64,000 nucleotides of DNA from Tubiluchus corallicola (lineage: Eukaryota > Animalia > Priapulida): contig JAQGDQ010000217.1 in assembly GCA_030141605.1 (NCBI GenBank), forward strand, positions 62,001 to 126,000. The letters run 5' to 3'. The position numbers and the translations under genes are program-made. The notes beneath the pieces are model-generated. The model was not told where the DNA came from. It did no database searches and was given only the letters and a program-made list of their open reading frames with translations. Below, piece by piece: positions 14,414 to 26,200 of the stretch (position 1 is its first letter; the number at the start of each line of letters is the position of its first letter).

Positions 14414-14475
14414 AGCCACAAGAAAAGCATGATTCTTTTCACAAATTTGTACAAGCTAGTTCCTTGCTTGTGGCT
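14414..14475 (-). other. Predicted four-way-junction RNA structure just 3' of the extension ORF stop
   Basis: Minus-strand RNA: AGCCACAAG-[CAAG gaacuag CUUG]-[UACA aauu UGUG]-[AAAAG aaucaug CUUUU]-CUUGUGGCU, i.e. a 9-bp closing stem and three contiguous hairpins. Confidence 0.35.
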
Positions 14476-14501
14476 GTAAATTATAAGCACCTGTCTTCCA
14501 A

Positions 14502-15305
14502 TTATTTCGCATGACCGGACATAGATACCTGCCATGATAAGCAATCATGCGTTTCGCACCATACCATAGAAATTTTGTAGTTTTCTTTGCGGCCCTTGTA
14601 CCCTCCCGCAGTTGGGCTCACAAAATCAAGTTTGCGGCATAGCTTCTTGCCTTCTTCCTCTATTGTTTTCAGTTGCTGCTTCTGCTTGCTGAAAACATGC
14701 GACATCATGTTTTGGGAAAGATCTCCTTGCATGTCTTCATATTTGCACATTGCAGGTTTGCGATCTGGTGAATAGCACCCAGAACTCACAACGGAAGAAC
14801 TTGGAGGACTGGCACTAAGTGAAGTTGGGCCCACAGAAGCTTTACTGGATGGCGACTCTCCTGCATGATCCGTTGTGTCTAACTGTCCACTAGCTGTTGA
14901 TATATGTTCTTTTCCTATAGCTGCCACATGCCCACTTGTTGGTGTCCCATGTTCCTTTTCTGCAGTTGCCAGTCTCCCACTTGCAGGCGATCCTTGTTTA
15001 TCATTCACTGCTACCAATCTTCTACTGGCAGGTGATCCAAGTTTGTCATCCATTGCTGTCAACCGTCCACTTGCAGGTGAGCCAGGAACATAGTCCAGAA
15101 TTCCCAGCCGTCCACTAGCTATACTTGATCTAGCCTTATTGCTGACTATCTCTGCATACTGCAAAATATTGCTTTCAGTCTCACTGCTGTAAAATTCGTC
15201 TATATGACGAATATCTAACGAGTCGCCGTCCTCTTCCAGGTGACGCTGAACCAGCTGCTGATTTCTGAGAGGGGTTCCTTGTGGCGCCACCTGGGACTGC
15301 AACCA
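14502..15305 (-). CDS. In-frame C-terminal extension (267 codons) downstream of the MATH-BTB gene UGA stop; putative readthrough domain, low-complexity with 15-aa repeats
   Basis: The minus strand reads ...CTG AAA TGA TGG TTG CAG TCC CAG GTG... and stays open to TAA at 14504-14502. It is visibly more GC-rich than the flanks and carries frame-preserving 45-nt repeats. Confidence 0.65.
   Translation of the reverse strand, partial: WLQSQVAPQGTPLRNQQLVQRHLEEDGDSLDIRHIDEFYSSETESNILQYAEIVSNKARSSIASGRLGILDYVPGSPASGRLTAMDDKLGSPASRRLVAVNDKQGSPASGRLATAEKEHGTPTSGHVAAIGKEHISTASGQLDTTDHAGESPSSKASVGPTSLSASPPSSSVVSSGCYSPDRKPAMCKYEDMQGDLSQNMMSHVFSKQKQQLKTIEEEGKKLCRKLDFVSPTAGGYKGRKENYKISMVWCETHDCLSWQVSMSGHAK
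14859..15128 (-). repeat. Six degenerate 45-nt (15-aa) tandem coding repeats, consensus GSPASGRLxxxDxxx
   Basis: SSIASGRLGILDYVP / GSPASGRLTAMDDKL / GSPASRRLVAVNDKQ / GSPASGRLATAEKEH / GTPTSGHVAAIGKEH / ISTASGQLDTTDHAG. Confidence 0.85.
15228..15297 (-). promoter_or_regulatory. Stem-loop 3' of the UGA (putative readthrough-stimulatory element)
   Basis: CCAGGUGGCGC (15294-15284) pairs with GCGUCACCUGG (15246-15236): 11 bp with one G-U. Additional outer GUC/GAC and inner GAACC/GGUUC pairings are possible. Confidence 0.55.
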
Positions 15306-15577
15306 TCATTTCAGAGTTGGAAGTTGGGTTATGGTTCCTGGCATGTTTGGCACTTTGGCTGCAGTGGCTTTAAACACAGCTGTCATGAGTTCTGCATTTT
15401 CAGCCAGTTTCTTCCAGTCGTCACACTCAGTAACATCTCGACCATGCGTGCTGATGAATTCAAGAGCTTTGTTCTTGAGATTAATAATCGTGTGCTTGTC
15501 AGCCAGTAACAGAGTTTGTACTACATTTTTTGTGGTCATGTTGTACATTAGTTCTCTGACTGCCTCTTCTTTTAATC
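15306..15577 (-). CDS. MATH-BTB (SPOP/Roadkill-like) gene, coding exon 2: end of BTB plus BACK/3-box region
   Basis: Acceptor TTGTTTGTTTCAG|GA at 15578/15577. The phase-1 join gives ...AAEKYQLE-GLKEEAVRELMYNMTTKNVVQTLLLADKHTIINLKNKALEFISTHGRDVTECDDWKKL, which aligns by eye with SPOP 'ADKYALERLK...LADLHSADQLKTQAVDFI...DVLETSGWK'. Stop TGA at 15308-15306. Confidence 0.9.
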
Positions 15578-16249
15578 CTGAAACAAACAAATTAATTTAG
15601 TCAACAAAAAAGTTGCATTTCCAGTTTTCACCACACTTACCATGCCATGTCGCGTCTACACACATATTACCCTATCACATTGCCACTGGCATACACTTTA
15701 TGTTACGGTGCATTTTTACCACAGATGTGGAATAATAGAAATTTGAAGATCTGAAATATAACCTTTCTGTAATGTGTTTTAAAAAACTGAAACTTGTCAC
15801 CTTTGCGCCATGAGTGGGTTGTGTGAAAATCAAAAACATTTTTCAAACAACTCATCTGAATAAAGTTTTGAATATGCATATGCAATAGTCCATATTATAT
15901 AACTAAAAATTGCAAAATAAAACGGCTCTAATAATCAATAATTAGATTTGTGCTATTTCGTTGTCTTAGGCTGAAACTGGCTAAATTAAGATAGCCGGTA
16001 AGCCAGTAGATGACATTCCTAATAAACTGTGCTATATTCATTACATCATTGATGTTTTTTGTTCCTGATCAGACATTCCCTCCTAACAAGAGTACTTAGT
16101 GCAAACTACTTAGCTAGTATTTAAGTTTTTACAGTTTAATGCAATAATCTATGTCTATTGTATTTAACTGACGGAAATTCACTCTCACAAAATGTTCAGT
16201 TAATAATTCAGTGAAAAATATCCAGCGGCTGTAATTTACAGTGAAATCC

Positions 16250-17550
16250 CTCAATGTCTTTTAAAGGTAAATGGGAGCCTGTTGTTATTGGATTTCTTTG
16301 TGAGACTGAGATACACACTGTGCCTTGATTGGCACAATCGCATTTACAACAGTTAGCTCATTAAATACTTAAGATGCATCCCCATTGAAAGCGTTGCGTT
16401 TAAATTGTTTTGGTGAGACTGAGCAATTACCATTACGTGGTATTCATCGAATCAACCCAGTCAGAACTAATGCAACGTTTCTCGAATATGGTAATCTATG
16501 AAAAACGTCAATCTGCGTTTTTTTAAGTTTTATTCATTGGAGATTAGCGGATGTTTTTTCTGCATATTCACACTGCAATGGTTTGTTCACCACTGTCTAT
16601 TCAGCACGTTCTCATCAAATTTCTTATGGAAGTGTAGGAGTAGATGATGTACGTGTCTATATCTTCTAATATATAGTTTACTGGAGCTTCAATACTCGAT
16701 GCTAAGGCATTTTCATTTTTACAGAAACTGAAAATGGTGCATCGCGTGCCATATACTGCGTGACTAGATGAGTATTTGTTGGCATAAATGACCATCAGCA
16801 TACACCATGTAAATTTGAATGTGCTTTAAAAAGATTAATTCAGAAACTGATTTAGGACTTCGCTATAAGTCTCTCAAAGTGCTTCTTAACATATTTGCAA
16901 AATATGTAGATATAATAGAATAACCCTGTAATTTAATTTCGCACAGTGCCACCAATGCCTTAAATAACCGTGCCACGATCTTTCGTGAGAACGGTAAGCA
17001 GATGGAATTAACATGGTGATGGAATGATATGTGATTTCCCTGAAAATGCAGGAATCTCCCCAAAACAGTTAAAAGAGAAAGGAAACTGTTCGATGTTCAT
17101 GCCCAATTTTAAACAATCTGCAGTTAGCATTAAACAAAGCAATTAATTCATGTAGTCATTAATGCACTTACTAAAACATTATTTTTACGTTTCTCAAAAA
17201 TATTATTTTTATGTCTTTAACTAGAAAGCCAAAAGGTTAGTTATCAAAAGTCAGTATTTCAGTAACTGATTGAATGTTTTGAGACATGGGGATCGATGGG
17301 GATGTTTGCTTTCTTCAGTTTTAGGAATTCGTGGAATTCCCGTGAAAATATTTGATGGAAAGGGATAGCAGTGGCACGTATCTTTATGGTCAGTCCTTCG
17401 GTAACGAGACTGGCTAAACAAACCATCCAAGTAACAATTTCAGCGTGTGTAGATTGTATAGGGGCTATATCGCAAGGAGAAATATTTATGAAGGAGTTTA
17501 TGGGATCAAGTGTTTCCGCTTTTTGTATTCACCGCTAGCGCCTTCCAACT
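16250..17550 (-). mobile_element. Highly degenerate Penelope-like retroelement remnant in the BTB-gene intron
   Basis: Disrupted minus-strand translations resemble PLE RT motifs in the expected order: 'IPKTEES..IP' near 17330 (cf. YGLPKxHKxxxPxRPIVS), then 'FLHFQG...PFS..VARLF...YF..YV' at 17060-16880 (cf. FxFxGxxYxQ...GSPxS..LA.LFM...RYVDD). Boundaries are approximate. Confidence 0.4.
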
Positions 17551-20500
17551 GAGAGGGATCTCCAACAGGAGATCAGCAATCTCATCCATGAATTAAGCAC
17601 CAGGTTTGATTAAGGTCCTAGGCTATTGTGTCCCGTGCGGCTTGCAATTCAGCGCATTAGCTTTGATTAAGCAAGAAACCTCCTTGGTATTTCTACATTC
17701 AGTCAGTGCGCTACAATTCCCGCGAGTTGTTGTGGCTTTTATATTCATTCAGCGCTTGTAAGCTACACAATTTACATTGCAATCACGTCTTGTCTCGGTT
17801 TGAGTCTAGCGGGAAATTTTCTATTTGAGATTCACTGTTGAAGCTTGAGATCTTCATAAAATGAAAGACAGTGGAAATATGACAGTAAGGACAGACTTGT
17901 ATTTTTCCACCAAGTCTGACACTTCGCCAGTTTGATAAACTTATCTTGATAAAGTTCTGTCGTACTTGGTAGCAAAAACTTCTAAATTAAATAGACCCAA
18001 GACTTATCTCATTGTGCCTATTTTATAGAACAATACAGTTTGTTGTTACAAAAACCAAAGCTATGTGGCACATCCTGTATTCCTGCACACTGTTTGTTTT
18101 CAAACGATATTTGACATTTGACAGCTTTAAAAGCCGCAGCGTTTATCAAATCAATACCTGGAATGGCTCAAATCAACAAATAGGATTTAAGTCAAACTGA
18201 TACTACATTAACTCCGCTCGTCAGAGCAGTTTGTTAGCAATGTTGTAGAATAAAATATTTAATTGCGTCTTCCTACTAGTATAAAAACTTAAAAGCTCCA
18301 CTTAGCCAGCTTAGGCAGGAGCAGGTTGCTTTTATTAGGCTTATGTGGTTTCTCTTTACATGAGCATTGATAAAAACGGCGTTAGCAGCGAAGACATCCT
18401 GTGAAAGCCTATAAAGCTTCATATCGAAGATGTAATGGGCGCAAAGTTAGCAGCCGAAACAAGCCATTCCTAATGTCAACTGGGGAGTCATTTGCTCACC
18501 ATTGAAATTTTAACTTGACAGCTATACGGGCGTCATAATGTAATTTCTCTTCGGTTTAAACCAGCGCTTCAACGCGCATTTTCATTTTTGCGCAGTCTAC
18601 AATCATATTGTCGGTAGTAAACGTATCGATTATGCAATAACGTTGTTCTTTCAGTCAGCAGGCCACTGACAGGTAATTAGTGTTGATTACCTGCGAGTGA
18701 AAAGGATGCGCAGCATGACCAACCTTAACACTTCGACTTGAATGATTAATGATTCTTTGCTGAGCAGATGGTTGTTACTGCTAGGAGTACACTGGCGTGG
18801 CTTCAAAGGACGAGTTGTGTGACAATATGACAAAATTATGTACGTGTGGAATTCACGCCCTCAGTGCCATCAAAATGAATCAAGTTTCTTTGAAAATAAT
18901 CAAAATATTAGTCTTGTTATAGTACTTTCAGTGTTACTGCCATTTGCATTATCTTTCTAACTCACATGACTGAACGATCATTTCTCCAAGTGTGTGGATT
19001 AAGATTGAGATTTCCAAGAGGGATATTTAAAAAATCATTTCTAGTTTGTTCAACTACAACATTTTGCAACGAAACAGCTCCACACAATCGCGAAACACCG
19101 CCAATTCACCATTTTAGCAGCAATCGTTAATTGCTGCAATTGCAAACAATCACAGCACCAGCAACAATAACAATAACAAGGACAATGACTAGGTTAAGTG
19201 CTGGCACCAGCACCAGTAGTGGTACCAAATTACACAATAAAAGTCTTTGTATCATCTAAGTACTATATTATTAGTGCATGTAGTATCAAAAGCGACAATA
19301 TCTGAAACTACATATATGACACCAGCAATAAATTTATGTTCACTGTAACCACTGAAGGGACTAAAGAGACGGTATTTTAGCTTTTTGTAAAGAAAGATAT
19401 ACTGTTTCCACTTTTCTTTTCTTTTTCCACTTCCTGAAATCATCTTATTAATTAAGGTTTAGCTAACTGGGTTATCAGTAAAGGAAACATCTTGGAAAAG
19501 CTGCTAGAAAACTACTCCATGCAAATGATTCCCCAAACTCTAAACGCTAACATACATTTACTGACATCAATCTGACATGCCTGTAGTTTGTATCGATTTC
19601 CGGCGGAAGGAAATGAATTCATTTATTAGGAAGCCTCCCTCGGGACGGTCGTTCACTATAATTAGTGTCAACTTGCACGAGTTCTTTTTGTCTACACGAG
19701 AAGCGAAACTCGAAAACGTCAGCCGATATATAACTTTTGAGAGATTCACGAGAGCCAAAGCTTAGTAGAGAAGAGACTTGGCTTCAAGACCGAGGGCCGT
19801 GATTGAAGTGTAAGCGAGGTCTATGTATGCTGATGTATACGTTGCAGGCTTAAAACTTTTAAACTTTTGTAAATTGCCGAATACTTTGGCTAGTACTGCC
19901 AAGTACACTTATTATGTAGATTCTTAGAATGTTTCATATTCTTGTTACTTTAGAACTTGATAATGTGGCTCAACTTTGCAGCTAAGTTAACCGTGGGCTT
20001 ATGCTACATAGCCGCTGTTTGCGATGTACTTTTGAGTGAAGTGATTGATTTAAGTATGCGATGGGGACAGTTAAGATGTTTAAGCCACTTTTTATTTTAG
20101 AGGTCGTATGTTCAGCAAAGTGACAAAAACAGTAATTTTAACATAGACCTATCTAAAATATGAGTTAGAGAATATTTGAATATTTTATATGTTCTCCTTT
20201 ATTAGCTAGCACGTTAGTGTCCATAGTACTGTAAAATCTTTCTTGTATAATTTTATCATATCGAGCCGTATCACTGTGGTACATCGGAATGTAATAACTT
20301 TAACTGAAGCCCACTAGACCCCTGCAGTTTGCAAAGCACGAAGTCTAATGATGCTAAATCTTTAGGGAGTTCAGAGTCTAGCCCATCTTTCTGTAGACAT
20401 AACGAAATCTTCCCAATTACACTAATGGAGAATTCATATGAAAAGAGAGAAATCTCATTGTAACCCTAGTGCATTACAGACATGATCAAATCTGTGATGC

Positions 20501-22562
20501 ATTTTTTGTTGTTTGGTGGAATGAAGAGAGACATCTACACCCACCAAGAATTAGGAACTGGATTAGTTACTTGTTTTTTATTGTGTTGGCTGCTTACATA
20601 CGTATGAAATAACGTAGTAGTTGGTGCTCAGTTCTGGTATTTTATGTTGTGTTGAGAGTGTAAGAATCCTTAGGAAGTGACACAATTTTGGTGGATATAC
20701 CACATGTTGGTTCTTGTTTCTTTGTTGCCCTGTAGGAGGATTTGACCAATATACTATGAACCAATAAACTGATTCGAATTGAGCCTCGTCTTCAATGCAG
20801 CAATACAATCCTTACAATGACCACCAAGACCTGGTCTTCTGCAGATTGAATTTATAATGTAAATGTCTTTACATGTATTAAATTTCACAAAAGGCTGCAA
20901 GCGTAGTTCCAGCAGTAATAAATACTGTTGCACTTATTGCGTTTTTGTAGGAATTATTAAATTAATAGAAGAATTGCTTCGAATTTTATCCTGCATTTAA
21001 TTTGCCTGATTTTCATGCACATTTTGTAGGAAGCCAGATTTGGAAGACCGTGAAACTCTTTTCACGAGTTTTATAACAAAACAATTACAACATTAAGTTT
21101 GCCGGCGGCAAGAAAAACATGCAAAATTGATCGGGATGGCGACTTCAAAAACAGTATCCTCGGGGTCGATAAAGAAGCACCCCTACTACAGTAAAAAAGA
21201 GATTTTTTGTATTCTTAGCTGCCTTAGCACGTTTGGACCTGACTACACTATCCCTCCTCGAAATAACCAGTGAGAATCAGTATAGCGAATAAAATCGTAC
21301 AGAGCGAGTATTGAACCCCCCCATTCATATCTGTTTACTCGGCGCTCCTTAGCTTCGGTCTCTAAGCACACTCGCGATATTCTCTTCGTTCGTTCCTTGC
21401 TCACTTCTATTACGTTTAATTATATGTACTTATAAGTAGAATAATAATATCGCAGTAAAGATCTGTATAAGTGTATGGAATTAATTTTAAAAATCTTAGT
21501 ATACACCCTGATGTTGATTAACAGAGCGTACACGGGTAGTGATTGATGGGAACCTGGTTCAATTCCTATTGTGGTTCTCTTGCTATTTTTCAGGGGCGGC
21601 AGCAGCATTCCACTAAAAAGTCATATTCTCACTCAGAAAGAAAGAAACGCAAGGATTTCTAGGCCTGCAGCGAAAAAACACGTGAAATTGAAGGGTTGCT
21701 CTCATATGCTGTCTGCCAACAGAAACTGAGTGAAATTCTGAACACAATATTTCATCCTGTTCTTATTAGATTTAGGCAATGCGCGCTCTGGGCTGTAAAG
21801 CTTAAAAGTAGAATTCTCGTGAGGATGTTGCCTAGTCAGTTCTACTCAAATTAACTTAGTTTGCAACCGAAGTGAAGAACCATACACTAAGCAGTCTAAT
21901 GCTGTAGAGTAGAATCACTCGAACAGCTTGCAAGTGAGTCTGCTTTAGCATAGTTTAAAAAGCCCTAATTGCAAACACATTTTTTCGTAAAGTTTTTGCC
22001 TTGGCCAAGCAAGGCGTCTAAGCTGGAGGAATCGAAATAGCACTGAATCACAATAAAACAAACAGTCACCTTTACATGCTGATGTGATAAAGCAAAACAA
22101 AGACGGGAAAACAAGTTTTTAGGAACGTTTGGATCCACAAGATGCTGCAAGGAAAATTGCAAGCCAAGTGCATCAGTACCTGTAATTATGAAACAAAAAT
22201 TGTTCTGAAAGGAGTGGGCATGATGGTAGTATACCGAAAGGATGCATGACGTCACATCTTTAGCGAGCTTGCCTGCTTGGTCGTTATAATTATGTACGTG
22301 TTAACGAATTTCTGTGGGTTCATAAAATTCTATTAACGGCTAATGAGCTGTGCTCGTAAATAATAATTAGGGTGTTTACATCAACATATAATGTGGATGA
22401 ACTTAATACGTGCAGCATTATTATTAACAGTAATCCAATCACAGCCTTGTGATTACTACAGCAAGGCTGGTTGAGCGTTCACACAGCGCGAGGTGAGTAA
22501 TATCTTGCGGACAGTTTTGCAGTATCCATCAGTAATTTCACATGCATTATTTCTAAAAGTTA

Positions 22563-23222
22563 GGCCCATTTCACAGTGAGAACGCAAGGAAAAATGGCGC
22601 AAGGAAATGCTGTCAGATAATCAGAAAATTTTCTGAATTTCCGATTTTTGTCGAAATCCAGTTAGCTGCAGCTACTTTGCGAGTTTATACTGTATAATCA
22701 TATCTAAATTAAGTTACACTTGCCATATTTCTCATATACAAAGTACAATTAATAATGTTAGTCAATGTAATGTCAGACCTGTTTGTTTTTTAGCAAAGTT
22801 CTACTAACCACTTCAAAATCTGGAAATATGCATATATAAAATAAATATATGCGTGTGTTATTACTCTTTTTCACGAATATAGCCATCGGTGTTGCATTAA
22901 TAAAACATAAAATGGTCAGTTTGTTAAAAGAGAGATTAAATCTCGTTAAATAAGTAAGAAGTAATTGAGTAGTCAAATTTAAGACTGAATTCCGCAAGGA
23001 TTCCTCGCGAAAATGGAACATGCGGCAAAATTCCTCACGAGGAGGACACATAGCTTCTAGCTAGCAACAGCATTTCTTACGAGCAATTGCACAAGGATTT
23101 TTGCAGCGCGTCCTCATTGTGAAATGCACTATAGAAAACAATGTGTTCCATTTTCTTGAGGAACGCAGCACGGCATTTCTCCTCGAGGCATTTTGCTGCG
23201 CGTCCTCACTGTGAAATGGGCC
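22563..23222. mobile_element. PIF/Harbinger-like MITE (non-autonomous DNA transposon)
   Basis: Terminal inverted repeats GGCCCATTTCACAGTGAGAACGC ... GCGTCCTCACTGTGAAATGGGCC, flanked by TTA / TTT (degenerate TWA target-site duplication). Internal similarity to 2340-2800. Confidence 0.7.
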
Positions 23223-26200
23223 TTTCTTGGTTCCTGTGTACCTGTCTCAGGAGGTTGTATACGCATCCAAGACAAGCTAAGACACCTTTGGTGCTTTGGT
23301 GGTTCACCGACTCTTCTAAATTCTTGCTTTTGATATAGTTAGGATCTGGTCCTACGCTATTGTCAACAATAAAAAGACAGTTGGCCTGCCATTGAATGCC
23401 ACATTTCGGCTTGTAGAGCGCTTCCTATGTAAAAATGCCTTCTATACATTCTTCAGGATATACTCCCTCTAGTAGATTAGGTATTAGCTAAAATGTTGTT
23501 AATATACCATAAGAGCAATATCCGTGGCAACTATCCGCTGCAAGGTGGATAAAGGGATTCCTTCTGGTAATCCTGTCGGCGAACGTTTTTCTTTGGCGTG
23601 TTGCGAAACCAGTAATTTCTTCCCGTCAAGCGGCCGCCACTAATTTGTGTTGATGTTATTCTACATGCTGAGAAGAGAATATTCAAATGAGTCTGATCAA
23701 TAGATAATTGCAGTCTAGGCTTGATATCGACTAGCTGATGCATTCTGTCCATCAGCTAGATTAGATTTCTTTTTCTTTCTGACTCTGCTGTACTGGACAG
23801 TGGACAGTCAGGAAGCTCGACTACAGAGCAAGGCTTAATTGCCCGCCTTTGAAGTGACACATTACTCATATTAAGCCGCTAATTTGGTCGCATTGACTTG
23901 GTAGTTTCACCGTTTGCGTGGCTGCCTTTTTCATGTAGACTATGCCTGCTTGATAAGCAATGGTTTATTTTGAAACTGTAGCATATTCTGTTTTCCTCCT
24001 CAAATTTTTACTAAAACCATTCAAGGATCGCGTGACATTTTAGTTTTTCTCTGTCAAAGAATATTTATTGTTTACTATCACAGTGAACAGGACTCGTATT
24101 TTAAAGTGCCGTGGCAGTTTTGAAGTACGTGTAATTAAATTTTTATACTTAAACACTTTCCCGTGTAGTTTTAATTTAGCAAGTACACGTTTACATTTGT
24201 TGGTTCGTTTATTTGTTTTAACTTATAAATACCCTGCAGAGCTTTGTTTATTCATTTGCGTTGTCCTCGTTGGCTTTGTTCTAATAATTTGTTCCAATTG
24301 TGACTATTGTCTTGTGAACCCCAGGTGATATATTGCTTTACATGCGTGCTATCGATCAACTACGCCCGGACAGGAAGCCCAGATGAGTTTAGTCAAACAT
24401 CTGCACTGTTGCCGGAAAATGTAGCAAATGACGTCACGCTTATATTTGTTCACAGTCACTATGTTTACATGCATATTAGGATATGAGCAGAAACTGAGTA
24501 CCGTTGCAGTTTAGAAATTGCAAGATTGGAAGTTTATGCAACTATTATAAATAGCAATCACGAAAAAGTGACTATTTCAACAAGTCTTGAAATTAATTTG
24601 ATCAGAGAGAAATATAAGTTAGGTGAATTCTCGCGACTATTCTAACTGTCAAACAATTTACTAAAAAAGTTGAGACATACTAAAGTCCTTCACTTAGCTA
24701 CAGACTGTGAAATAATCCACTCGTAGTACATTATTTATGGGCCTTTGTGATCAGTAGTGAAACCTATTTTGATATTAACAATGTTCAGGCTATCACAGAA
24801 TATCTTAAAGAGGAAAAGCATTCAACTTATAAATCTAGTTTTTCCCTCCGGCGTCTTATCTGCGGAATTCTTTGTCAGATCTTTACTTTCCTGTTAACCA
24901 CGATCTCACCCAATTCAACAAGAACGTAGCGGTACCTCCCTAACAAATTAATTGCAAGAATTGCATTTTGTGGACCTGTATTGATTTTTGTGGATCTTTA
25001 AACGTATCAACACTGAAACTTAAACCGTTTTATTTGCGGTACAATCACTATTCACTAAAAGAATTCGCTGTTTTAAAACTCCTACTATTAGGCAAATCCA
25101 GTCGTTCTCAGACAGGAAGCACTTGCTACAGAACTAGAATTTTAGCAAGGCGACGACTTTTCTGACCGTAAAGTATTTTCAGAATGTACAGGCAGAGACA
25201 GAATGTACTTTGTGTCCCGGTGCACTGTGAGTACATCAGATGAACAGTTAACAAAAATGTCTGTTTCATACTAAATACCTTTTGGGACTATTCAGTTACT
25301 GAGGGTTGAAAACGGCGTTCGTGTTAATAAGATGTTCGAAAGGCATTTGATAACATGCCAGCAACACATTTTTTGAATGACTATTCAAATAAGAATTTTT
25401 TGCTTTCAGCGCAATTGAAAAGAAAGTTATCTTCATAAATTGTTTCAATGAATACCACCTGTAGCTAGGATGGTGAAAAATATTAGCTGACAAATCAAAA
25501 AGGTGAGAATCTGAGGAAACTATGAACCATAACGGGAGGAAAGTAGCAAATCTGTAGACTGTTACGCTAAACACTTGTATCAAATCGAATAAAAAATCTT
25601 GGAGCAAATGCGGTCGCAATTGAACTGACAATTCAAAATGCAGAAGAACTTAATCGCTCTAATCCCTTCTGGCGTTCAAGTCTACGTACCCATCCCTAAG
25701 TTAACCGTAAAACCTTTTAACGGAGCTTGACGACCTGCGTGCGGCGATTATCGTGGTAATTGCAGCGAAAAATTGCAGTGGTTTTCATAATACTGGCGAC
25801 GATAACAAGCTAAGGAAATCCACCAGCGACGAGGCAGTCTTCTACGATGACGTCAATTGCAGAGGACAGGCAAACGCAGTTATTGTTGCGTTGTTGATAG
25901 GACGGTCTGTTACAACGTATTAAGATCTGTGACATCTTCTATCTGTCAACTTAAATCGCTATTAGCTGCTTATAAAAGAGAACAGTAGCTTTCACATTGT
26001 CTGGTGAACTGGATATGGTGATAGCGTGATTAGCATTTAAGAACTTTCTGAAGCACTTGACCTTGATCTCATTAGTCTTTGGTTAACACTAATATCAAAA
26101 GCATTTTTTTCTATAAATTTTCAGACTTTTAACAATGCATATAAATATTTGCACACAATAAGAAATGTAATGGCCGGTTAGGAGAGTTAATTGAAATTAG

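Noticed and set aside
15306-15308. UGA as selenocysteine
   Set aside because: It sits at the normal C-terminus of a SPOP-like protein in a non-redox context, and I see no canonical SECIS downstream. SECISearch3 would be needed to exclude it formally.
15181-15309. AUGA(UG) stop-start overlap suggesting termination-reinitiation
   Set aside because: The overlapping AUGs are in a different frame, which closes after 42 codons (MMVAVPGG...ILQQ*), so they cannot translate the long downstream ORF.
15297-15353. A 57-nt in-frame intron (GTGCCA...TTGCAG) that would remove the UGA
   Set aside because: The donor is very weak and there is no polypyrimidine tract, unlike the other introns in this window. 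Not excluded without RNA-seq.
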